From an uncultured Omnitrophica bacterium (lineage in GTDB: Bacteria; Omnitrophota; Gorgyraeia; JACQQV01), in assembly GCA_947085655.1 (NCBI GenBank), contig CAMTXH010000013.1, forward strand, positions 23,513 to 87,512: a stretch of DNA of 64,000 nt, given 5' to 3'. The notes under the pieces are model-generated. The model ran no database searches, was not told where the DNA came from, and saw only the letters and a program-made list of their open reading frames with translations. Below are positions 18,382 through 28,272 of this stretch, piece after piece. Each line of letters starts with the position of its first letter. Within the stretch, counting starts at the first letter, position 1. The position numbers and the translations under genes were made by a program.

Positions 18382-19260
18382 GTGATATTCCGAAGGTTTC
18401 TTTTTCTTTCAGGGGCGTTACTGGTGTGGGCAGGCACCGTCTCGGCAGAGCCGGTCGGAATCGCCTCGGCCACAAGCGAAGCAGGTGGACATGAAGCCCG
18501 AAACGGATATGACGGCTCCCTCGCCACAAGCTGGAAAGCCGAAACCGGAAGCGGCCCTGTTTCTCTTTTGTATCTTTTTCCTGAATCCCGGCCGCTTCAA
18601 AGTATCCGGACCGCTTTCCCGGTCGGGAGGGCCTACCTTTACCGGATTGATGTGACCCAAGAGGATCCCCGAGAAAAGGGGGAGGCAACCTCCTGGCTTC
18701 CGGCGGTTCCTGAAAAAATCGGGGAAGGGGTGGTAACCGATTCATTCGGGCCGATCCAGGTTAAGGCGGTGAAGACGACCCTCCGGAATCTTTTGAAAAA
18801 CAGCGGATTCGAGGAAGGGAAGGAGCTGTCCGTGTGGCATCTCGCCGACGGAAAAATCATTACGGAACTGACCAAAGTCCACACCGGAAGGCGTGCCGTC
18901 GGAGCCGAAAGCGGTTATGTCGTCATGGTCTATCCCCTCGAGCTGGAATTCGAAGAGCGGAAAACGTTCACCTTTTCATTTTACGGCATGTCGCCCGACA
19001 AGGGAACCGGGTATCTTGTCCTTTTTGCCGAAAAACAGGATGGGACACCGGTGACGCTGGAGAAATCACTCGGCATGTTCCGCCCGGAGTACACTTTTCA
19101 CCGGGCCAGTTTCTTCCTCGACCCTGAAATCGTCTATCTGAAACGGGCCAATTTCTACCGCTTTGCTCCCCAGGGTTCGGTTTACTACGACGATATCTTT
19201 TTGACGGAGGGATGGACACCGACCGATATCCCCGAGATCCGGGAACAGCATTTCGAATAA
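18382..19260 (+). CDS. secreted protein with discoidin-like and CBM4/9-like domains
   Basis: Signal peptide from GTG 18382; YDGSLATSW; NLLKNSGFEEG; VYYDDI. Confidence 0.65.
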   Translation: MIFRRFLFLSGALLVWAGTVSAEPVGIASATSEAGGHEARNGYDGSLATSWKAETGSGPVSLLYLFPESRPLQSIRTAFPVGRAYLYRIDVTQEDPREKGEATSWLPAVPEKIGEGVVTDSFGPIQVKAVKTTLRNLLKNSGFEEGKELSVWHLADGKIITELTKVHTGRRAVGAESGYVVMVYPLELEFEERKTFTFSFYGMSPDKGTGYLVLFAEKQDGTPVTLEKSLGMFRPEYTFHRASFFLDPEIVYLKRANFYRFAPQGSVYYDDIFLTEGWTPTDIPEIREQHFE

Positions 19261-19351
19261 AAAACTTGTTATGAGTTCCCATCTGTGTTATACTGTCTCC
19301 GGTTTGTGTCGGATTACCCCACGTTTTAGATAGAACCGCGGTGAAGGACAG

Positions 19352-19975
19352 ATGGCATTCACACTGATTCCGAAAGAAGAAGCATTTCTTGACCTGTTTG
19401 AGAAGGCGTCCAATACGCTCCTGACCGCGGCGCATCTTTTTGTCGAAACGATGAAGGCCTTCGATAAAGTGACGGAGAACGCACAGCGGATGGAGCGGCT
19501 GGAGCACGATGGCGATCAGCTCGTCCATGACATCATGGCCCGCCTCAACCGCACCTTCATCACTTCGCTGGACCGGGAAGACATTCATCGGCTTGCCTCC
19601 GCCCTCGATGATGTGCTCGACTACATTGAGGCGACGACGGAACGGTTTGTTCTTTTCAAGGTCAAGGCAGTGACTCCTGCCGCCGTAGAAATGGCAGAGA
19701 TCGTTGCGAAACAGGTAGAGGAGATTCATTCGGTCATTCCGCGCCTTCGGGACATGCGCCACCAGGATATCCTGAAGCACTGCATCGAAATCAACCGCCT
19801 CGAGAATGCAGGAGACCGTGCCCTGCGGAAGGCGGTCACGGAGTTGTTCGACACCCAAACCGACCCCCTTTATGTCATCAAATGGCGGGAACTCTATGAA
19901 CTGATGGAGATGGCGACCGATGCCTGCGAGGATGTGGCGGTCGTCATTGAGGGGATCGTCCTCAAGAATGCTTAA
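19352..19975 (+). CDS. DUF47 phosphate transport regulator
   Basis: LEHDGD, TFITSLDREDI, LENAGD; upstream of pit. Confidence 0.92.
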   Translation: MAFTLIPKEEAFLDLFEKASNTLLTAAHLFVETMKAFDKVTENAQRMERLEHDGDQLVHDIMARLNRTFITSLDREDIHRLASALDDVLDYIEATTERFVLFKVKAVTPAAVEMAEIVAKQVEEIHSVIPRLRDMRHQDILKHCIEINRLENAGDRALRKAVTELFDTQTDPLYVIKWRELYELMEMATDACEDVAVVIEGIVLKNA

Positions 19976-20968
19976 TTGGAAATTTCCACCGCAACGCTGA
20001 TCGTCCTCATGCTGGTGCTGGCCGCGGAATTCGTCAACGGCTGGACCGATGCCCCGAACGCCATCGCGACCGTCGTTTCGACCCGTGTTCTTTCCCCCGG
20101 CAAGGCCGTCCTTCTTGCAACGATCCTGAACGCTGTCGGTACGCTTTCGGGGACAGCCGTTGCCGCAACCATCGGAAAGGGCATCATACAGTCTGACTTT
20201 ATCACCGTCCACACCGTCGGTGCGGCGATGGTGGGCATTGTCTTCTGGAGCACCCTGGCGTGGTATTACGGCTTGCCGACAAGTGAATCCCATGCGCTTA
20301 TCGCGGGCCTCACCGGAGCGGGGTTGGCCACTGCGGGACCGACTGTTCTGATCTGGTCGGGCTGGAAAAAGGTCTTGATCGGTCTTCTCTTTTCAACCTT
20401 TCTCGGGTTTGGCGGCGGACTTTTGCTCATGGGACTCATCTATAACCTCTTTGCCAGGCAGACCCCTTCCTTCATCAAACGCCTCTTCGGCAAACTTCAA
20501 ATTCTCTCCGCCGCCTTTATGGCATTCAGCCACGGTTCAAACGATGGGCAGAAATTCGTCGGCGCCTTCTGCCTGGTGTTGCTCCTCGGGGGTATCCTTC
20601 CCGCATTTCAGGTGCCGCTCTGGGTCATTCTCCTCTGTGCCACGGTGATGGGTTGCGGGACAGCGATCGGGGGATGGCGGATCGTCAGAACCATGGGACT
20701 CCGCCTCACCAAGTTGGAGCCGGTTCACGGGTTTGCGGCGGAAACCAGTGCTGCGCTTACCATTGAACTTGCGTCACGTCTCGGAATCCCTTTGAGCACC
20801 ACTCACACCATTAACACCGCCATCATGGGGGTGGGTGCCACCCGCCGCCTCTCCTCTGTCCGCTGGGGCGTCAGCCGGAACATCATCATCGCCTGGATCT
20901 TGACCTTTCCGGTCTGCGGTTTGATTGCGTTCTCTGTGACTAAACTCATTCTTTTGCTCCTTCCGTAA
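19976..20968 (+). CDS. pit: PiT inorganic phosphate transporter
   Basis: [26 protein letters not shown]. Confidence 0.93.
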   Translation: MEISTATLIVLMLVLAAEFVNGWTDAPNAIATVVSTRVLSPGKAVLLATILNAVGTLSGTAVAATIGKGIIQSDFITVHTVGAAMVGIVFWSTLAWYYGLPTSESHALIAGLTGAGLATAGPTVLIWSGWKKVLIGLLFSTFLGFGGGLLLMGLIYNLFARQTPSFIKRLFGKLQILSAAFMAFSHGSNDGQKFVGAFCLVLLLGGILPAFQVPLWVILLCATVMGCGTAIGGWRIVRTMGLRLTKLEPVHGFAAETSAALTIELASRLGIPLSTTHTINTAIMGVGATRRLSSVRWGVSRNIIIAWILTFPVCGLIAFSVTKLILLLLP

Positions 20969-20999
20969 CTTTTCTGACGACCTCTTCCGTTGTGCTATA

Positions 21000-23018
21000 A
21001 TGATAGGCCTGAAACGGCCCGACAAGGAAAGACAGATAACAGCGAAGCCAACCTCCTCCATCGAAGTCCTTCTTCGGGAAGGACGCAGCTTTCCACCCCC
21101 AAAGGCGTTTCGTGAAAGCGCCTATGTTCAAGACGAGTCTGTCTACGAGAAGGCCGCCAGGAATCCGGAGTCTTTCTGGGCAGAGTGGGCCCATGCGCTC
21201 GACTGGATCAAGCCCTGGAACAAGGTCCTGGAGTGGAATCCCCCGCATGCCAAGTGGTTTATCGGGGGAAAAATTAACGCCTGCGTGAACTGCGTTGACC
21301 GGCATGTTTTTCCTAGGGAGGGAAAACCCTCCCGACGGAATAAGGCGGCCATTGTCTGGGAGGGGGAGCCGGGGGATGCCCGGACATTGACCTACTGGGA
21401 CCTTTACCGGGAGGTGAACCGGTTTGCCAATGTTCTCAAGAAACTCGGCATCCGAAAAGGGGACCGGGTGGCGCTTTATCTTCCGATGGTGCCGGAGTTG
21501 GTGGTTGCCTGCCTTGCCTGCGCCCGGATCGGGGCGGTCCACAATGTGGTCTTCGGGGGATTCAGTGCGGAGGCCCTCCGCGACCGGATCAACGATGCCG
21601 GCGCCAAACTTTTAATCACCGCCGACTTTGGCTGGCGGAGGGGAAAACAGATTCTTCTCAAGAATGCGGCGGATGAAGCAATCACCGGGTGCCCCTCGAT
21701 TCAGAATGTTGTTGTGGTGAAACGGCAAGAGGCGGCATCGGCCCAATGCCATATCCGGGAGGGGCGGGATCATTGGTGGCACCGCCTGATGCAGGATGCC
21801 GAACCTTATTGCGAACCGGCAGTCACTGACGCGGAGGATATGTTGTATGTCCTCTACACCTCCGGAACGACCGGGAAACCGAAGGGGATTGTTCATACCA
21901 CCGGCGGGTACCTGACCGGCGTGTATGCCACCATGAAGTGGGTCTTTGATTTAAAAGAGGAAGATCTTTTCTGGTGCACCGCCGATATCGGATGGGTGAC
22001 CGGCCATAGTTACATCGTTTACGGTCCGCTCGCCAACGGGGCGACGGTTCTCATCTATGAAGGGGCACCGGACTGGCCGGAGAAAGACCGTTTCTGGAAG
22101 CTCATCGAAAAATACGGCGTCACGATTTTCTATACCGCCCCGACCGCGATCCGTGCCTTTATGAAATGGGGAACCGAATGGCCGAAGAAGGCAAATCTTT
22201 CTACACTCCGTCTTCTGGGGACCGTGGGAGAACCGATTAATCCGGAGGCCTGGATCTGGTACCACGAAAATATCGGAAGAAAAAAATGTCCCATTGTGGA
22301 TACCTGGTGGCAGACGGAAACGGGCATGATCCTCATCACTCCTCTCCCGGGCCTTACCACCACCAAGCCCGGCTCTGCCACAAGGCCCTTCCCCGGAGTT
22401 TTCGCGGAGGTTCTGACGGAAAAAGGGGAACGGGTCAAGGTGGGAGGGGGATATGTGGCGATCGCCAAACCCTGGCCTTCGATGCTCCGGACCATTCTGA
22501 ACGACGACGAACGGTATGTGCAGCAGTACTGGACCAAATGGGAAAACGGTTTTTATTTTCCCGGAGACGGGGCCAAGCGGGACGAGGACGGCTACTTTTG
22601 GTTTTTGGGGCGGGTGGATGACGTTATGAATGTGGCGGGACACCGGATCGGGACGATGGAGGTGGAGAGTGCTTTAGTGGACCATCCATCGGTTGCGGAG
22701 GCGGCGGTGGTCGGGAAAGTTCATGATATCAAGGGTCAGGCGATCATTGCCTTTGTCACGCTGAAAGAGAGCGTCAAAAGCTCTCCGGCGATAGTTGAGG
22801 AGTTGAAGGGGCATGTGGTAAAGAAAATCGGTGCCTTGGCCAGACCCGAAGATATTCTTTTTTCGGCCGATCTTCCCAAGACCCGTTCCGGGAAAATCAT
22901 GCGGCGTCTTTTGCGGGACATCGCCGAAGGGAAAGCCCTCGGAGACACCACAACACTTGCCGACCCGGCCGTTTTGGAGCGGCTGCGTCAGCAGTATGAA
23001 GAAGTGGAAGGGGTATAG
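21000..23018 (+). CDS. acs: acetyl-CoA synthetase
   Basis: [32 protein letters not shown]; start position uncertain. Confidence 0.96.
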   Translation: MIGLKRPDKERQITAKPTSSIEVLLREGRSFPPPKAFRESAYVQDESVYEKAARNPESFWAEWAHALDWIKPWNKVLEWNPPHAKWFIGGKINACVNCVDRHVFPREGKPSRRNKAAIVWEGEPGDARTLTYWDLYREVNRFANVLKKLGIRKGDRVALYLPMVPELVVACLACARIGAVHNVVFGGFSAEALRDRINDAGAKLLITADFGWRRGKQILLKNAADEAITGCPSIQNVVVVKRQEAASAQCHIREGRDHWWHRLMQDAEPYCEPAVTDAEDMLYVLYTSGTTGKPKGIVHTTGGYLTGVYATMKWVFDLKEEDLFWCTADIGWVTGHSYIVYGPLANGATVLIYEGAPDWPEKDRFWKLIEKYGVTIFYTAPTAIRAFMKWGTEWPKKANLSTLRLLGTVGEPINPEAWIWYHENIGRKKCPIVDTWWQTETGMILITPLPGLTTTKPGSATRPFPGVFAEVLTEKGERVKVGGGYVAIAKPWPSMLRTILNDDERYVQQYWTKWENGFYFPGDGAKRDEDGYFWFLGRVDDVMNVAGHRIGTMEVESALVDHPSVAEAAVVGKVHDIKGQAIIAFVTLKESVKSSPAIVEELKGHVVKKIGALARPEDILFSADLPKTRSGKIMRRLLRDIAEGKALGDTTTLADPAVLERLRQQYEEVEGV

Positions 23019-23020
23019 AC

Positions 23021-23851
23021 ATGAAAAAGCTCATTTCAGTTATTTTGATCGTCTTTGTTGTATTCATCGGCCTTTCCATTGCAAAAAATGCGATCGCCAA
23101 GACGGCCATCTCAAGCAGTGTGAACCTCATGACCGGCATGCGGCTCAATATCCGGACCATGAATGTCGGCGTCTTGAGGACATTGGTGGCGATCAAGGAC
23201 CTCACGGTTTTTAATCCCGCCGGCTTTCCCGATAAGATCATGGTTGACCTCCCGGAAGTGTATGTGAATTACAAACTCGGGGCATTCTTGAAGGGAAAAG
23301 TGCACCTCGAGGAAGTCCGGCTTCACCTGAGGGAATTGACCATCGTCAGGAACGAAAAAGGAGAATTGAACGTGGATGCGCTGAAGCGGTCCCAGGAAGA
23401 AGGGGAAAGGAATGCCGCCTCTTCCGGAAAAAAGGGAACCGTCCCCTCGGTCCAAATCGACCTTTTGGACCTTAAAGTGGGGAAAGTCATCTATAAGGAT
23501 TATACGGGAAAGGGAACTCCGAGAGTCATGGAATTCAACGTGAATCTCCACGAGCGCCATCGGAACATCACCAATCCTTATCTTTTGGCAGGACTGATTG
23601 TCACCCGTGCGACGTACAATACCGCCATTGCCCAGTTGGCTTCCTTCGACCTTGAGAAACTTCAGGCCTTAAGCGGACAGATGACCGGAATGGTCAAAGG
23701 TTACAGTGACCAAGTAACCCAAGTTGCGAGTCAGACCACCCTCATCGGGAAGGAAACGGTCGGCACCGCGAAAGAAGCAGCCGGCAAGGCAAAAGAAGCG
23801 GCTTCAGAGACCGTGGACGCCCTCAAAAAAATCATTCCCTTCGGAGAATAA
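23021..23851 (+). CDS. AsmA-like membrane-anchored protein
   Basis: N-terminal TM, NPAGF, GELNV motifs, helical tail. Confidence 0.65.
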   Translation: MKKLISVILIVFVVFIGLSIAKNAIAKTAISSSVNLMTGMRLNIRTMNVGVLRTLVAIKDLTVFNPAGFPDKIMVDLPEVYVNYKLGAFLKGKVHLEEVRLHLRELTIVRNEKGELNVDALKRSQEEGERNAASSGKKGTVPSVQIDLLDLKVGKVIYKDYTGKGTPRVMEFNVNLHERHRNITNPYLLAGLIVTRATYNTAIAQLASFDLEKLQALSGQMTGMVKGYSDQVTQVASQTTLIGKETVGTAKEAAGKAKEAASETVDALKKIIPFGE

Positions 23852-23864
23852 CGAAAATCTTTCC

Positions 23865-24809
23865 ATGAAAGTTGTGCTGGCCGGCGGGACCGGATTCATC
23901 GGAAAAGCCCTTCTCCATCGCCTCATCGAAGAGGGGCATCGGGTTGTCCTTCTCACCCGGAGCCCCTCGGCGCACAAAGAGCTGGCTACCGACAAGGTAC
24001 AGCTTGCCAAGTGGGATGCGAAATCAGTCGGCGCCTGGGCCGATTTCGCGGAAGGGGCGGAGGCGGTTTTGAATTTGGCGGGGGAGCCGCTCGTCGGGAA
24101 ACGGTGGACCAAAAAACAAAAGGCAAGACTTCTCGAAAGCCGCCTCTCTGCAACGCGGGCCATCACCTCCGCCATTGCTCAGGCAGGAAAACGTCCTTCC
24201 GTTTTCATCAATGCCTCCGCGGTCGGATTCTACGGGGATGTCCCGCAGGGAGAGGTGACCGAATCTCATCCCAAAGGCCGAGGATTCTTGGGTGACGTTT
24301 GTGAGAGGTGGGAAGTGGAGGCGCGCCGGGCGGAAGAAAGAGGGGTCCGGGTAGTCTGTCTTCGCATCGGCATTGTCCTTGAGAAAGAAGGAGGCGCCCT
24401 TTCCCGGATGATCCCCCCTTTTCAATATTTCATCGGCGGGCCGCTCGGGAGCGGCCGTCAGTGGGTGCCCTGGATCCATCGGGAGGATTTGCTAAGCATC
24501 ATTCTTTTTTTAATGGCGCGTCCCGATATCAATGGGGCGGTGAACGGGACCGCCCCGAATCCGGCCACCATGAAGGAATTTTGCAAAGCGGTCGGAAGCG
24601 CCCTGCATCGTCCTTCCTGGGCCCCGGTTCCGGCGTTTGCCCTTCGGGTTCTTCTCGGTGAAATGGCGGAGGTTCTTTTAACCGGTGCCCGTGTTGTTCC
24701 GCAAAAGCTCGAAGAAGCCGGTTTCCCTTTTCGTTATCCCGCCTTAGACGGCGCATTAACCGCCATTTTATCCTCCCCGAACCCAGGGACATCTAAGGGG
24801 ACATGCTAA
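23865..24809 (+). CDS. TIGR01777-type NAD-dependent epimerase
   Basis: GGTGFIG, NLAGE, ASAVGFYG, PWIHRED. Confidence 0.92.
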   Translation: MKVVLAGGTGFIGKALLHRLIEEGHRVVLLTRSPSAHKELATDKVQLAKWDAKSVGAWADFAEGAEAVLNLAGEPLVGKRWTKKQKARLLESRLSATRAITSAIAQAGKRPSVFINASAVGFYGDVPQGEVTESHPKGRGFLGDVCERWEVEARRAEERGVRVVCLRIGIVLEKEGGALSRMIPPFQYFIGGPLGSGRQWVPWIHREDLLSIILFLMARPDINGAVNGTAPNPATMKEFCKAVGSALHRPSWAPVPAFALRVLLGEMAEVLLTGARVVPQKLEEAGFPFRYPALDGALTAILSSPNPGTSKGTC

Positions 24810-24907
24810 GTGCCAGTCTATAGCGTGTCCCGGTCGGTTAGACGAGACAATATTTAGAAATTGACCTTGTATTCCCCCTCAAGATGGGGTATACTTATAT
24901 ATAGAAA

Positions 24908-26134
24908 ATGCGAATCCGAACGAAGAATTGGGGTTTTTTGGGATCTGTCTTCCTCGTCTGTCTCCTTTGGAACGGGTCTGCCTGGGGGGCTTATCCCTAT
25001 TCGGACGACGAGCTTCGGACAAAAAGGACGGAGGCGCTTACCTGGGTCGATGCGCGGCGGAACGGGGGAGACTGGGTTGCGGCCACCGAGACGGCCGATT
25101 TCGGATACACCTATGACAATGCCCTTATGGTCATTGCCTATGTCATGGGCGGGGATGCCGGGAGTGCCGTGCCGATTCTTGATTTTCTGGCAGCCCATCA
25201 GCTTCCGGACGGCTCCTGGTATGATGCCGTGCGTCAAGCCACCGGCGCCGGCATTGTATTGGCGAGGAGCAGCGGCAACCAAGCCTGGGCCATTTATGCC
25301 ATCTGCGTGTATACCGATCAAACGGGCGATTTCACCTATCTTCCGGTGGCCCACAAGGCCGCCTCCTGGCTCATCGCCCGTCAGGATTTGAGCGACGGGG
25401 GAGTCACTGGCGGATTGAATTCAGATGGAACGGTACGGCCCTGGACAAGCACCGAACATAATATCGACGCCTATTTCGCCTTAAAACTCCTTTATCGTCT
25501 CAGTCGGCGTTCCGAGCACTGGTATGCAATGAACCGGTGCAAATCGTGGCTTCTGAATGTTGCCTGGAACGCCGCAGAGGGACGCTTTAACCGTGGCGAA
25601 AATGACACTCTCCAAGCCTTGGATGCCAACACACTCGGCTCGCTCTTTTTGCACGATATCGGCGAATATGCAAAAGAAGCAAGTGCCATCGCCCACCTGG
25701 ACACCTATTGGCTTTTGACAGAGCGCTTCCGGCGGGGAAAACGGGTCCGCTATGAAGGATTTAAAGACCATGTCCTCGATGAGGAAGGAAACCCCGGCCG
25801 TCATTGGCAGGAGGGGACGGAACAGGCCGCTGTGTCTTATCTCCGGCGGGGACAGGGTCCCGCCCGTTATTACATCCAGGAAGTGGTCAAAAGCGACGAT
25901 CCCAATTTTTTGATCGGTCATTCGGACGATGACAATGACGGAGACAGAGGCCTTCTCTATTACATGACAGGGGATGAGGCAACAGGCCTCGTCGAAAAAC
26001 CGGCTCCGGGCATCTGGATGATTTTTGCCATCAACGAATATCTGGGCGACCGTGAAAAGATTTTTTACCCTGTCACGGTGACCCCTCCGCCTAGCGGTGG
26101 CGAGGGAAAACTCCCCTTTAAACTCACCCCCTGA
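24908..26134 (+). CDS. secreted alpha/alpha-barrel (glycosidase/prenyltransferase-like) protein
   Basis: Signal peptide; YTYDNAL, QLPDGSW, STEHNIDAY. Confidence 0.55.
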   Translation: MRIRTKNWGFLGSVFLVCLLWNGSAWGAYPYSDDELRTKRTEALTWVDARRNGGDWVAATETADFGYTYDNALMVIAYVMGGDAGSAVPILDFLAAHQLPDGSWYDAVRQATGAGIVLARSSGNQAWAIYAICVYTDQTGDFTYLPVAHKAASWLIARQDLSDGGVTGGLNSDGTVRPWTSTEHNIDAYFALKLLYRLSRRSEHWYAMNRCKSWLLNVAWNAAEGRFNRGENDTLQALDANTLGSLFLHDIGEYAKEASAIAHLDTYWLLTERFRRGKRVRYEGFKDHVLDEEGNPGRHWQEGTEQAAVSYLRRGQGPARYYIQEVVKSDDPNFLIGHSDDDNDGDRGLLYYMTGDEATGLVEKPAPGIWMIFAINEYLGDREKIFYPVTVTPPPSGGEGKLPFKLTP

Positions 26135-26200
26135 CTTTCCATTGACCCTTTTCCATTTGCTGCTAAAATAAGAGGAAACCCGCATCCAAAAAAGGGAAAG

Positions 26201-26524
26201 ATGCCTATGTCGGATGAATTAACCGTACAGCACAAGCCGGCAGAAAACCGCTTCTCGGTCTTTTTGGAAGGGTATGAGGCCTGTCTGATGTACCGCCTCA
26301 AAGGGAAGGAGATCGACCTTTACCATACGTATGTCCCGGGAGTCTTCCGCGGACGGGGACTCGCAGAGCGGCTCTGTAAAGCCGCATTTGAACATGCGAA
26401 GCAAGAGGGTCTCACCGTGATTCCTTCCTGCTCTTATATTTCCGACTATTACCTGAAGCGTCACCCCGAGTACAAACCGCTGACAAGGTCCGGCGGAACC
26501 TCCAATCCGATTGTCTCCGGATGA
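26201..26524 (+). CDS. small GNAT acetyltransferase (YjdJ-like)
   Basis: HTYVPGVFRGRGLA, PSCSYI. Confidence 0.88.
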   Translation: MPMSDELTVQHKPAENRFSVFLEGYEACLMYRLKGKEIDLYHTYVPGVFRGRGLAERLCKAAFEHAKQEGLTVIPSCSYISDYYLKRHPEYKPLTRSGGTSNPIVSG

Positions 26525-27333
26525 CGCGGCGCGAACTTGCCGCGCGGATTGCGGAACGCCTCGCGCGCGAGAAACCAGCCCTGACCCAAAAGTGGCAGAG
26601 AGAGAAAAACCCGTTCCGTCATCTGGTGATCGACCGGGTCCTTCCGGATGACGCGGCGCGCGCGATTTATGAGGCGTTCCCGGAGCCGGAGGCGATGGTT
26701 CTGAAAAAGGACCTTCGGGAGAAAAAACGGATTGCGGTCCAGATGGACCGATTCCACCCGCTTCTTTCCGAAACGATCTATGCGTTTCAGGACCCTGGAG
26801 TCATCGACATCCTTTCGGAGATCACCGGGATCAGGCGGCTTTTTCCGGATGAGACGCTGTATGCGGCCGGATTGAGTCTCATGTCCCAAGGGGACTTTTT
26901 GGCGCCCCATATCGACAACTCCCATGACGAGGCAAGGCAACGTTACCGCGTGCTGAATCTTTTGTATTATGTTTCTCCGGAGTGGGAGGGGAATTTCGGA
27001 GGGAATCTGGAGCTTTGGGACGGGCGGGTGACGACTCCCAAAACAGTCGTGCCGGCGTTTAACCGGGTTGTCCTCATCGAGACCCACACCGCTTCATGGC
27101 ATTCGGTGAGTCCGGTCCGGGCGGACCGGAACCGTTGTTGCGTCTCCAACTACTATTTTTCGGACCAAAGCCCCGTCGGGAGGGAGTATTTCCAAGTGAC
27201 CAGTTTCACCGGATGGCCCGGCGAGAGGTGGCGGCGCGCCATTCTGGCCGGCGACCGGATGTTGCGGAACGGTATCCGCTTCATCCTTCCGAAGGGAATC
27301 GTCAAAACAGAGCATGTCTTCAGGAGGCGTTGA
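26521..27333 (+). CDS. 2OG-Fe(II) oxygenase
   Basis: PHIDNSH, GGNLELW, FNR, SWHSV. Confidence 0.88.
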   Translation: MTRRELAARIAERLAREKPALTQKWQREKNPFRHLVIDRVLPDDAARAIYEAFPEPEAMVLKKDLREKKRIAVQMDRFHPLLSETIYAFQDPGVIDILSEITGIRRLFPDETLYAAGLSLMSQGDFLAPHIDNSHDEARQRYRVLNLLYYVSPEWEGNFGGNLELWDGRVTTPKTVVPAFNRVVLIETHTASWHSVSPVRADRNRCCVSNYYFSDQSPVGREYFQVTSFTGWPGERWRRAILAGDRMLRNGIRFILPKGIVKTEHVFRRR

Positions 27334-27358
27334 ATTCTGAAAAGAAAGGAAGAAAGGA

Positions 27359-27898
27359 ATGCTGAAAAAAAGCGTGTTTGTTTTGGGAGCCATTTTTCTT
27401 TTTTTGGGGGTGTCGTCAGGACAAGCGGAGGAGACCGTGAAGATTATCCTTAAAACGACCGAAGGGGAGATCCAGGCGGAGTTATATCCGGAAGAAGCGC
27501 CGAAGACGGTGGAGAATTTTTTGACCCTGAGCCGGAAGGGGTTCTATGAGGGGGTCATCTTTCACCGGGTGATTCCGAATTTCATGATTCAGACCGGAGA
27601 TCCGACCGGCACCGGCAGGGGCGGTCCCGGTTATTCCTTTGAGGATGAATTTTCCCCGAATCTCCGGCATGACAAGCCGGGCGTTCTTTCCATGGCGAAC
27701 AGCGGCCCCAATACGAACGGAAGCCAATTTTTCATTACAGAGGTTCCGACTCCCTGGCTCAACGACCGTCATTCGATTTTCGGCCAGGTCACGGAGGGGA
27801 TGGAGGTGGTGAGTACGATTGCCAATGCCCCCCGCGACGCCGGAGATAAACCCTTGCAGCCCATTAAGATAGAAAAAATCGAGATTGTGGGGGAATAG
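27359..27898 (+). CDS. exported cyclophilin-type peptidyl-prolyl isomerase
   Basis: FHRVIPNFMIQTGD, MANSGPNTNGSQFFI; signal peptide. Confidence 0.95.
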   Translation: MLKKSVFVLGAIFLFLGVSSGQAEETVKIILKTTEGEIQAELYPEEAPKTVENFLTLSRKGFYEGVIFHRVIPNFMIQTGDPTGTGRGGPGYSFEDEFSPNLRHDKPGVLSMANSGPNTNGSQFFITEVPTPWLNDRHSIFGQVTEGMEVVSTIANAPRDAGDKPLQPIKIEKIEIVGE

Positions 27899-27974
27899 TG
27901 CCGAAAGAGGTTTTGCCGGCGTCAAGTTTTGTGATATAATATAAAGAAAGAAAGGGAAAAAAGGAGTCCAAATC

Positions 27975-28244
27975 ATGAGCGAGGAACTCAAACAGAAAGT
28001 CCAGAAGGTGATTGACGAGTTGATCAATCCGGGAGTGGCGCAGCATGGCGGCCATGTGGCTTTGGTCGACGTCAAAGACAACAAAGTCATCCTCCAATTC
28101 AGCGGCGGGTGCCACGGATGCGCCTCATCCATGATGACCTTGAAAATGGGAATCGAAACGACACTGAAGGAAGAAGTATCACCCGATCTCGAAGTGGTTG
28201 ACGCAACGGACCATTCCACCGGCACCAACCCGTATTTCACATAA
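27975..28244 (+). CDS. NifU/NfuA C-terminal domain Fe-S carrier
   Basis: HGG, GGCHGC, DATDH..GTNPY. Confidence 0.9.
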   Translation: MSEELKQKVQKVIDELINPGVAQHGGHVALVDVKDNKVILQFSGGCHGCASSMMTLKMGIETTLKEEVSPDLEVVDATDHSTGTNPYFT

Positions 28245-28272
28245 GTGCTCCTCTTTGTTCGGAAAATCACCC

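Noticed and set aside
7535-26524. cobB, acs and a GNAT as one acetylation module
   Set aside because: Genes are far apart in different operons and the GNAT is a small YjdJ type, not Pat
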